Shown in pieces: positions 7,240 to 14,778 of a DNA stretch of 38,083 bases. Where the stretch lies: positions 1 through 38,083 of IMG/VR virus record IMGVR_UViG_3300020044_003239; one strand, written 5' to 3'. Each line of letters begins with the position of its first letter. Positions within the stretch are counted from its first letter, which is position 1. Both the position numbers and the translations under genes were made by a program. This DNA is from a virus (lineage: Duplodnaviria; Caudoviricetes). The notes below the pieces were generated by a model. It was not told the DNA's origin. It worked only from the letters and a program-made list of their open reading frames with translations, and did not search any database.

Positions 7240-7496
7240 TGGGCCGCTACCTTTCATCACTCAGCTTGTACTTAGGCCAACTGGTTGTTGTTTCTGATGC
7301 AAAAGATGCACAGGTCTACACCATCGGTCATTTCGATGACAGAACAACAGTATTTTTGTTGTGGCGTGAAGGCACACGTTTGTGCGGTTGCAATCACGAT
7401 TCATTCATGCTAAAAAAACCGACCTTGCAACAGATTGAAAACAGCATTCTGACAGGCCCACTGGTTTCATCTAAGGAAATTACAACACGCTCATGA
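7239..7496 (+). CDS. Hypothetical early protein (85 aa)
   Basis: TAATG overlap with the previous gene; AAAGGA RBS. Confidence 0.65.
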   Translation: MGRYLSSLSLYLGQLVVVSDAKDAQVYTIGHFDDRTTVFLLWREGTRLCGCNHDSFMLKKPTLQQIENSILTGPLVSSKEITTRS

Positions 7497-7587
7497 CCTA
7501 TCCTGAGGCTCATTATGTGAGCCTTGGGATGTGCCATCCGGTTCATCACAACTTTGCCCTTCGGGGTCTTTTATACAGGAAAATACA

Positions 7588-8583
7588 ATGGCTCACTTAA
7601 TCGAAAACAACGCAATCACTGGCAAAGCCGAAATTGCTTATGTAGGCGCGAAACCTTGGCATGGTCTCGGTCAGGATTTGTCCCCTAATGCTCCCATTGA
7701 TGTGTGGCGCAAAGAGGCCGGTCTTGCTTGGGATGCTGAAGTCACTCCCGTGCTGTTCAAGCCCAATGATTCTTTGTCCTCAATGGTCGCTGTGACAGGC
7801 CGCAAGGTCATCTATCGCAATGACACAAACCAACCTTTGGGTGTTGTGACAGACCGCTACCGCATTCACCAACCCGGTGAAATCCTTGACTTTTTCAACA
7901 CACTTGTGTCTTCAGCCGGTTTCACTCTTGAAACAGCCGGTTGTATCAGTGGTGGTAAACGTATTTGGGCCTTGGCTAACGTCAACAAAGAGGCTTGCGT
8001 GATGAACGATGATGCTGTTCGTGGTTATCTGTTGTTGTCTACAAGCTTCGATGGCTCAACAGCGACTATGGGCCAGTTTACAAGTGTTCGTGTGGTGTGT
8101 AACAACACTTTGTCTATGGCAGACCGCGAATCAGCCCCAAGCCGTGTATCAATCACTCATGGCGCACGTTTCGATGCAAGCATAATGCGTGACCGCCTTG
8201 GCTTGGTTGTTGGAGGCTTTGAGGGGATGATGGACAACTATCGCAAGTTGTCCCGGACACTTGTTGGTCATAGATACGTCAAAGACTTTTTGACTGAATT
8301 ATTCCCGCCCACACAACAACAAGTTAAGGTTGAGGGATGGCCTTCAAAGCAGACTGTTATGGCTGATAGCCGGTCTTACAAAAAGGTTTTGGATTTGTTC
8401 AATGGCAAAGGCATGGGTTCAGAGTTGAAAGGCTCAAATGGCACACGTTGGGGCTTGTTGAACGCCGTGACGCAGTATGTAGACCATGAGCGAGGCCACA
8501 ACGCCGACACTCGCATGACTAACGCATGGTTTGGTGATGGCAATCGTCTTAAATCACAAGCAGAAGCTTTGTTGTTGGCATGA
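7588..8583 (+). CDS. DUF932 family protein (phage/plasmid TIGR03299-like)
   Basis: MAH..E, PWHGLG, EAGLAW, LETAG.I.GGKRIW, YLLLSTSFDGS, VRVVCNNTL, WGLLNAVTQYVDH, AWFGDGNRLK. Confidence 0.9.
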   Translation: MAHLIENNAITGKAEIAYVGAKPWHGLGQDLSPNAPIDVWRKEAGLAWDAEVTPVLFKPNDSLSSMVAVTGRKVIYRNDTNQPLGVVTDRYRIHQPGEILDFFNTLVSSAGFTLETAGCISGGKRIWALANVNKEACVMNDDAVRGYLLLSTSFDGSTATMGQFTSVRVVCNNTLSMADRESAPSRVSITHGARFDASIMRDRLGLVVGGFEGMMDNYRKLSRTLVGHRYVKDFLTELFPPTQQQVKVEGWPSKQTVMADSRSYKKVLDLFNGKGMGSELKGSNGTRWGLLNAVTQYVDHERGHNADTRMTNAWFGDGNRLKSQAEALLLA

Positions 8584-8630
8584 CCGGTTTTAACAGCAAG
8601 CGGGCTTCGGCCCGCGACAAAGGAAAACAA

Positions 8631-8747
8631 ATGAAATATATGACAGAACAACAGTTTGAATCCATGAAGTGGAATGTAATTTGGTTCGCTGTGTATGCCC
8701 TAGGCATCGCAGTGCTTGTTCTTGACTTACTTGTGTGGAGGCCGTAA
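8631..8747 (+). CDS. Small single-TM membrane protein (38 aa)
   Basis: AAAGGA RBS; MKYMTEQQFESMKWNVIWFAVYALGIAVLVLDLLVWRP; TAATG overlap with the next gene. Confidence 0.65.
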   Translation: MKYMTEQQFESMKWNVIWFAVYALGIAVLVLDLLVWRP

Positions 8748-9118
8748 TGAAATTTGAATTTGAAATGACTTTGCCTTCTACAGATGAAGACGTTGTTGTG
8801 AAATATGAGTTTTTTTTGGGCGACCCTGAAACTGGTCAACCTGACGGATTTGATTACTCACTCAGCAATGAGCAAGGTGAAATCATGTATGGCCTCACAG
8901 AAAAAGACTATGAAACCATTATTGCCAAAATTGATGCTCATTTTTTTCTACAAGTTGAATCAGACAATTTGAAGCCGCTATTGCTCGATGGGAATCCGAC
9001 AATGAGTAATTTTGTAACAACAAAAACCGGTATTGTGATTGGCTCACGATACACAACGCCCATAACAATGTCTGATGAAGATTTGTTTTGGCAAGCAATT
9101 CTGTTGGGGGTTGTATGA
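8747..9118 (+). CDS. Hypothetical acidic protein, possibly two genes fused by a 1-bp deletion near 8968-8970
   Basis: The alternative frame gives ...FEAAIARWESDNE* overlapping an ATG (MSNFVTTKTG...). Confidence 0.6.
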   Translation: MKFEFEMTLPSTDEDVVVKYEFFLGDPETGQPDGFDYSLSNEQGEIMYGLTEKDYETIIAKIDAHFFLQVESDNLKPLLLDGNPTMSNFVTTKTGIVIGSRYTTPITMSDEDLFWQAILLGVV

Positions 9119-9348
9119 CCTATGACTACAGAAGCATGGTTGAGGACTGCGAATCACTCGCAAGACGCAAATTAGACGGAATGCCCCGCGAGGACATTTT
9201 GGCTTATGAATGCGGTTTGTTGCGCGGCGTTGTTCAAACACTTTGCAAAATTTTAAACACGCATGAGCTTACCATTGAAGCCCAAAACGCAGTAATTGAA
9301 ACATATAAAAGGATTATTCATGACAATAGTAACAGCACAAGACACTAA
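9115..9348 (+). CDS. Hypothetical protein
   Basis: ATGA overlap at 9115. Confidence 0.6.
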   Translation: MTYDYRSMVEDCESLARRKLDGMPREDILAYECGLLRGVVQTLCKILNTHELTIEAQNAVIETYKRIIHDNSNSTRH

Positions 9349-9913
9349 TGAGGACGCTGTTTTGTTCAGCGCCTTTGTACGCGCACAGCGCAAATTCAAA
9401 CAGGCACTCAAAAAAGTGGAGAACAACCACTTCAAGAGCCGCTATGCTGACCTTGCAGAGTGCATTGATGCCGTAATAGATGGCCTACACGATGAGGGTT
9501 TTGGCCTGTCACAGTGGGCCGAAAGCAAAGACAACGGCGTGTTTGTTAGAACAGTTATTTTCCACGAATCAGGCGGGTTGTTGACGCTTGGTGAGTTGCA
9601 CATGCCTGTAGCTGATTCGCGCCCTACAGCCTTTGGGAGTGCCTTGACGTATGCCCGCCGTTATTCGCTTATGTCAGCCTTTGGCCTCGCACCAGTAGAC
9701 GATGATGGCATGGCGGCTTCAAACAACCAACAATTTTTGATGCCCGAAAAAGAATTGGTTGACCACTTGTCTGCTATTGACGCTTCAACAGACGCTGAAA
9801 GCCTCAAGGTCGCATATTTTGCCGCCTATGAAGCCGCCCACACCGACCTGATTTCTCAAAAGAAAATCATCGCCGCCAAAGACAAGCAGAAAAAACTGTT
9901 GGGGAGCAAATAA
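9320..9913 (+). CDS. erf: ERF-family single-strand annealing protein
   Basis: NNHFKSRYADL, FHESG, FGSALTYARRYSL...G.APVDDDG. Confidence 0.9.
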   Translation: MTIVTAQDTNEDAVLFSAFVRAQRKFKQALKKVENNHFKSRYADLAECIDAVIDGLHDEGFGLSQWAESKDNGVFVRTVIFHESGGLLTLGELHMPVADSRPTAFGSALTYARRYSLMSAFGLAPVDDDGMAASNNQQFLMPEKELVDHLSAIDASTDAESLKVAYFAAYEAAHTDLISQKKIIAAKDKQKKLLGSK

Positions 9914-10527
9914 TGGACCAAGGAACAGATGATTGGTTCGCCGCCCGCTTGGGCAAGGTGACAGCCTCGCGCATCGCAGACGTTGTCGCCAAGACCAAGA
10001 CAGGCGTATCTGCAAGCCGGGGCAATTACATGGCTCAGTTGATTGTTGAGCGCATGACCGGGAAACCGACTGAGTCATACAGCAACAGTGCCATGCAGTG
10101 GGGTACAAGCACAGAGCCGCTTGCCCGCGCCGCCTATGAGATGACAACCGATTTGATGGTTGATGAGGTAGGGTTTGTTGAACACGAATCTTTGTCTATG
10201 TGTGGCGCATCTCCGGATGGCCTAGTGGGTGATAAGGGCCTGATTGAAATCAAGTGTCCCAACACCGCTACACACATCGAAACCCTTATCAACGGAACTA
10301 TCGACAACAGGTACGTGCTACAGATGCAGTGGCAGATGGCATGTACTGACCGGGAGTGGTGCGACTTTGTGTCGTTCGACCCCCGTATGCCTGAGGCCCT
10401 TCAACTCAAAATCATTCGTGTAAATATGAATGAAATGTTGATAGCGGAATTAGAAAATCAGGTGGAACAGTTCTTGAACGAAGTGCAAGAAAAAGTGGAA
10501 TTTCTCAACAAACTAAAGGTCCTTTAA
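9913..10527 (+). CDS. YqaJ/lambda-exonuclease family recombinase
   Basis: QGTDDWFAARLGKVTAS, MQWGT..EP.AR, GASPDGLVG, IEIKCP, QMQWQM, CDFVSFDPR. Confidence 0.92.
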   Translation: MDQGTDDWFAARLGKVTASRIADVVAKTKTGVSASRGNYMAQLIVERMTGKPTESYSNSAMQWGTSTEPLARAAYEMTTDLMVDEVGFVEHESLSMCGASPDGLVGDKGLIEIKCPNTATHIETLINGTIDNRYVLQMQWQMACTDREWCDFVSFDPRMPEALQLKIIRVNMNEMLIAELENQVEQFLNEVQEKVEFLNKLKVL

Positions 10528-10739
10528 TGGCTAAAACTTTAAAAATCGTAAAAGCTTCTGTTGGTACATACACCGATAAAGACGGCAAAGAAAAGAACCG
10601 CTACCGCACCATTGGTAGCGTCATTGAAACCCGTGCCGGTCAGATGCTAGTCCTTGACCTGATGCCTTTCAAGGATTGGGATGGTCGGGCCTTCCTAAAT
10701 GACCCTGAACCTGAGGGTGAACAAGAACCACAGTTCTGA
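10527..10739 (+). CDS. Small protein, possibly ssDNA-binding
   Basis: GTYTDKDGKEKNRY..IG beta-rich core with an acidic tail ending in F; follows the recombinase pair. Confidence 0.5.
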   Translation: MAKTLKIVKASVGTYTDKDGKEKNRYRTIGSVIETRAGQMLVLDLMPFKDWDGRAFLNDPEPEGEQEPQF

Positions 10740-10859
10740 TGAGGTGGTGGGGTTTGTAGCCCCACCCCGCACCGGCATTACCAGTTTTAACACGAACTGG
10801 TCTTTGTTCTGAACCATAGACAATGCTTCATATTGGCTAAAAGCCGCAAAGGACACTAC

Positions 10860-11213
10860 ATGAAACCTATAGGACAACGCTACCTAGACCTGATTGAAGA
10901 AAATCGAGACCAGTTTTCAGATGAGTTTGTAGAATGGTTGCCACAAAACGCTCACATTTGGCATTATTTTGCTGTTGAGACTTTTAAAATTATTGACATT
11001 GGTTTTAAGCACTACTCAGCTAGAACCATTCTTCATTTTTTGAGACACCACACAGCCATTGAGCAAAAGTCAATGGACGGGTTCAAACTCAACAACAACT
11101 ATTCCCCTTACCTTGCCCGACTTTGGGCATTGAGTTATCCGGACCGGGGTTATATTTTTGAGTACCGAAAAACTCCAAAAGCTAACTCAGACAACCGGGA
11201 TGATGAAGAATGA
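10860..11213 (+). CDS. Hypothetical phage protein
   Basis: AAAGGA RBS; HYSARTI..LRHH..FKLNNNY.PYLARL. Confidence 0.75.
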   Translation: MKPIGQRYLDLIEENRDQFSDEFVEWLPQNAHIWHYFAVETFKIIDIGFKHYSARTILHFLRHHTAIEQKSMDGFKLNNNYSPYLARLWALSYPDRGYIFEYRKTPKANSDNRDDEE

Positions 11214-11323
11214 AGTACATTTATGCAATGTTGGGATGGTGCTTGAGCACGATTCTGTTAGGAATCATTTTTCGCATCAATTTTGAGCTTTTTTCTTTTG
11301 GTTGGGGGTTGCTATGGCCCTAA
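11210..11323 (+). CDS. Small membrane protein (37 aa)
   Basis: ATGA overlap; MKYIYAMLGWCLSTILLGIIFRINFELFSFGWGLLWP. Confidence 0.5.
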   Translation: MKYIYAMLGWCLSTILLGIIFRINFELFSFGWGLLWP

Positions 11324-11362
11324 CCTCAATCGTTGCACTGCGCACGTTTTAACTGCACAAAT

Positions 11363-11436
11363 GGGGGAAAATTAAGCCACTGGTGTCCTTTCGGGGTCGC
11401 GGCGAAGCAGAGGCTTGATAAGTACCCCGCCTTTTT
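11363..11436 (+). ncRNA. Structured RNA with a loop-E-type GAA/AGUA internal loop where the early and late transcripts converge
   Basis: GGGG-GAA-A-ATTAAGCC...GGCTTGAT-A-AGTA-CCCC, inner UUCG hairpin, then a T-tract. Confidence 0.5.
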
Positions 11437-11863
11437 AGGCAAACGGCCTAGTGCCTGTCTTGTCAATAATCAAAGCTTGTTTCTTTGGCGCTGTCCCCGC
11501 CTTGTTGGGGATGCTAACGTGTGTCCATCGGTCAAATTCACGAATCACTTGGTCATAGCCTAATCCTGACCCAATAATGGCTCGCACTACTTGGTCAGGC
11601 GACATCCCGGGGACGCGAATATCTGCGGCGCAACCAACCCTGTGTTGTGATGTGTCTTTGCTTCCTACGGCATCATTTACTGCTTTAGATCGAAAAGCAC
11701 TGTTGACCATGATAGGCTGACCAAACAGCAATGTTTTGATTTCCTCAAGGAATTCCGCAAGCCTACGGAGATTTGCCAACTCAGCCTCATTAGGCGTGTT
11801 GTCCAATTCCCTGTGGTCCGTGTGAGTCAATTCGTCTAATGTGAAATGTTCTGTCAGGTTCAT
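11435..11863 (-). CDS. Endolysin, peptidase M15 family
   Basis: HFTLDEL, NSAFRS..VN.AVGS..TSQH..G.AADI, WTHVS zinc ligands. Confidence 0.9.
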   Translation of the reverse strand: MNLTEHFTLDELTHTDHRELDNTPNEAELANLRRLAEFLEEIKTLLFGQPIMVNSAFRSKAVNDAVGSKDTSQHRVGCAADIRVPGMSPDQVVRAIIGSGLGYDQVIREFDRWTHVSIPNKAGTAPKKQALIIDKTGTRPFA

Positions 11864-12267
11864 TTTTTCACCCTATCGGCAATTTTTTCCATTGTGCGTC
11901 CACCAAAATAAAACGACATTACCAACATACCCCATTGGCCTAGCAGTTCAACGTAAGCGCCACGTGTCTCAAGTTCAAATATTGAAGCTATCGCAAATCC
12001 TGAATAAGCGACTAACAGGAAAATGAGTGTCATTGGGCGAATGTTTTTTGACAACCAGGAATCGCTTGCCATGTCGGCTTCTACACGCCGTGTTACATTT
12101 TCTTGCTCAACCTCAAACAGCTTGGTTTCGTTAGCCATCCTAGCCAACTCACCATCCTGAACCATTTTTTGTAATTCAAGCTGTGCTTTTGCTTTCGCTT
12201 CCGGGTCGGGAATCAGCTTGTCCACTAGCTTCGTGCCGATACTCAAAATCGCATCTAATCCCATCAT
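11860..12267 (-). CDS. Holin (GTA 3TM-holin-like)
   Basis: DKLIPDPEAKAKAQLEL, SWLSKNIRP, TM segments, FYFGGRT.EK; Met-Met start. Confidence 0.78.
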   Translation of the reverse strand: MMGLDAILSIGTKLVDKLIPDPEAKAKAQLELQKMVQDGELARMANETKLFEVEQENVTRRVEADMASDSWLSKNIRPMTLIFLLVAYSGFAIASIFELETRGAYVELLGQWGMLVMSFYFGGRTMEKIADRVKK

Positions 12268-12514
12268 TTTTATTCCCCTTTGGTTGTTCATCTTCAGTTT
12301 GATTGAGTTTGATACCACTCAGAAAACCAATCATGCCTCCAATGAGTGTAGAAAAAGCCGGTGAAATCATTTTAAAAATTTCAGCATTGTCGACTTCTTT
12401 TGCCCACAAGCCCATTAAAAAAGCTATCACCATAGCTAACACAGAAAAACACAAAGTAACGCTAATCATGAACGTCACCCAAAACGTAAGTTTTTCGCGC
12501 ATTGTTGTTCCCAT
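12176..12514 (-). CDS. Two-TM membrane protein in the lysis cassette
   Basis: Two hydrophobic segments; the 92-nt overlap with the holin suggests the true stop may lie near 12270. Confidence 0.6.
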   Translation of the reverse strand: MGTTMREKLTFWVTFMISVTLCFSVLAMVIAFLMGLWAKEVDNAEIFKMISPAFSTLIGGMIGFLSGIKLNQTEDEQPKGNKNDGIRCDFEYRHEASGQADSRPGSESKSTA

Positions 12515-12523
12515 GTGACTACC

Positions 12524-12757
12524 CTATACAAATATCTGAAAACGTCTCCTGTTAGAAAACATTTCTAGTTCAATCGTATTTTGTCTTGCGCGTTTGTTGT
12601 ACAACTCTACATCCAAAGCGTTTGTCTCATCTCAATTTTATTGGCTTTTACGGCTTTTGTAGTCCTCTTGCACTTTTGCAACAGCCCTAGCAAACGCTAC
12701 CCGTTCAACGCCTTGACGCTCAATAATGTATGGATACCACTTGTCCAAAAATATCAT
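12524..12757 (-). pseudogene. Hypothetical protein broken by apparent compensating indels
   Basis: MIFLDKWYPY...VQEDY and TNALDVELYNKRARQNTIELEMF...IFV* lie in one frame, separated by a short stretch with TAA/TGA. Confidence 0.5.
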
Positions 12758-13041
12758 TTTGCAGACCTCGCGTTAGCTTGTTCATACAAATGGAGAATTT
12801 TTGCTCTAATTTCGGCGCTGTCAGCCGTACCCGCCCATCCCGCCAATCCATTCCAAATGATTACGAGTTGTTCAGCAGAACAGTTTGGACCTTGTAATGT
12901 TAACCATCGTGAAAGCTGTAAATGTCGCTCAGATGGATTGTGTAGTGTGTGCGCTATGCCGACAAAATCTTGGACATTGCATCTGTTTTGTGCTGATACC
13001 ATAACTGTCACCGCTAAGAGGGCAACAATCATCCATTTCAT
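12754..13041 (-). CDS. Secreted/periplasmic protein with signal peptide
   Basis: MKWMIVALLAVTVMVSA signal sequence; two Cys; coupled overlaps. Confidence 0.7.
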   Translation of the reverse strand: MKWMIVALLAVTVMVSAQNRCNVQDFVGIAHTLHNPSERHLQLSRWLTLQGPNCSAEQLVIIWNGLAGWAGTADSAEIRAKILHLYEQANARSAK

Positions 13042-13202
13042 TACCTCAAGTGTATCAGGGACGAATAAATCACGCCCGCCATTCCTAGTAGCATTGCACC
13101 ACAGGCTTTGATGAGGATGCTCTCTAGGCGCTTGATACGCGCACAGAGCATCTCATATCTCAACGTACAGATTTCCTCATGGGCTTCTAATGGCGTTGGC
13201 AT
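13041..13202 (-). CDS. Small membrane protein (53 aa; coiled coil plus C-terminal TM)
   Basis: MPTPLEAHEEICTLRYEMLCARIKRLESILIKACGAMLLGMAGVIYSSLIHLR; TAATG overlap. Confidence 0.65.
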   Translation of the reverse strand: MPTPLEAHEEICTLRYEMLCARIKRLESILIKACGAMLLGMAGVIYSSLIHLR

Positions 13203-14285
13203 TTTCTACCTTGTCAAAGGTTTGTATATCAGGTTTCATAAATTGCAGATTGTTCCGCAATCGTTGGTCTTCAGGGTCTAATTCTATGGCTTTTGTAACA
13301 GAGCATAAGCTTCGTCTTTTAAGCCCAAGTGCCATGCAGATATGCTACCTAAGTCCCAAGGTCTAGCACCCCACACTTCGGGGTCCATTGTGTAAACCAA
13401 AGCTTTATCTTTGACTTCTAAACAAGATTTGGCGGCTGAATAGCACTCTACCCACAAGCCTCTGCGATAGCAAAACATCGCCAATTCACACCAAGGCTCA
13501 CGGGTGTTAGGGGCTTCTGCAATAGCCAAACGAAACCATTTGTGGGCTTCATTAGACAACCCGATTTCATCGTGTGCTTTGCCTAACAGTCGCATTGCAT
13601 AGCATCTTTCGTTTTGCCAAGTCGCTTCAGGCATTGCTAGGTAATTGTTCAAAGCAACAATGGCCTCTTGCCACCGCGCATAGAAAGTCAATTCACGGGC
13701 ACGATAAAAAGCATTACGGGGACAATGCGGGTCTTCTTTGACAGCTAAGTCAAGCAATGGCATATATTGACCACGGGACTTTGTGTTGTCAGGGTGATGG
13801 CTGACTAACAACATATCCGTGTGGGCGTAGACTTCATTTGTTCTGCCATCAGGTCTAGGATATTCGTGAACTGGATGATGCCAGTGATAGCCGGTCCGGT
13901 GATGAATCTTCTCATAGAAAAAACTGATGCCGCAACCCCAATCAAATTTGTATCGCAGACGGGTCGTGTTTTCTTGCCAAACGCGCTCAATTTCCTCACG
14001 CCAGTGCGGTTCTAGCACTTCGTCTAGGTCAAGGGATATGCAAACATCGAAATCACCAGGAATCAGGTTTAAAGCAGTATCGCGGGCTTTATCAAAACGC
14101 CAAGGCTTAACGCAGATGTTATGCACAACAGCGCCGCAATCTAAGGCAATATCAACAGTTTTGTCAGTTGAACCGGTGTCAGCAATAACAATGAGGTCAG
14201 CATCATCTGCTGATTCACAGAATCGTTTTACAAATTCTTCCTCATTTTTACTGATTGCGTAAACTGCTATCTTGAGTTTTTTCAT
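13177..14285 (-). CDS. GT2 (GT-A) glycosyltransferase with C-terminal TPR repeats; 1-bp deletion at ~13291-13294 truncates the last TPR
   Basis: AVYAISKNEE, DTGSTD.T, FDKARD, DxD (LDLDE), VHE; TPR helices; adding one A restores ...QKAIELDPEDQRLRNNLQFM. Confidence 0.88.
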
Positions 14286-14301
14286 GTCTTGTAATGTTGT
14301 T

Positions 14302-14544
14302 TTATGTTGTAGGTTTTGTGAAGCTGTAAGTGTTATCTGCATTTTTTGTGGCAATGTCACCACAGCTAACCATTACATCATCCGCTACATCAACATAGAT
14401 AATTTTATTAAATGGAAATTTCTCATCAAATCCACCCGTTTCCGGATTGTAATTTGGATGTGTTTCATCAAACAAAATTACGGCTTGCACCAGTAATGGA
14501 TTTGTTTCTTTAAATTCTATTGAATGAATGTGTAGGTGTTTCAT
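14302..14544 (-). CDS. Hypothetical protein
   Basis: 80 aa ORF with ATGA overlap. Confidence 0.6.
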   Translation of the reverse strand: MKHLHIHSIEFKETNPLLVQAVILFDETHPNYNPETGGFDEKFPFNKIIYVDVADDVMVSCGDIATKNADNTYSFTKPTT

Positions 14545-14768
14545 ACTTCCTCAGTTTCATTTGACTTGGCCATTACATCAACAATTTTTGCTACAGCTTC
14601 CTCATGCTTTTGTGCTTGCGGAATTGCTTGGTCTTGGATCATTCGCATAACAGGCGCTACCTGATGAAAAGGCAAATGCGAAAGTGTTTGCAAAATTTCA
14701 TTGACTTGATCTACAGTAAACCTTAAATCAATAATCATTTGCCCAATTGGGTTTGTTTGTTTTGTCAT
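14541..14768 (-). CDS. Hypothetical protein (fibre-module associated)
   Basis: FTVDQVNEILQTLSHLPFHQVAPV..IQDQA.PQ; AAGGA RBS. Confidence 0.7.
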   Translation of the reverse strand: MTKQTNPIGQMIIDLRFTVDQVNEILQTLSHLPFHQVAPVMRMIQDQAIPQAQKHEEAVAKIVDVMAKSNETEEV

Positions 14769-14778
14769 GTTTTTTCCT

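Noticed and set aside
10736-10810. CTGATGAG followed by a GC-rich stem, resembling a hammerhead ribozyme core
   Set aside because: The stem is followed by GGCA rather than the invariant GAAA, and no stem I/III pairing was found; it is more likely an ordinary hairpin after a stop codon
13177-14285. Glycosyltransferase as part of the TET pathway (glycosylating hmC or hmU in DNA)
   Set aside because: It lies ~10 kb away in the late structural operon and has a TPR architecture typical of protein-directed GTs; disfavoured but not formally excluded
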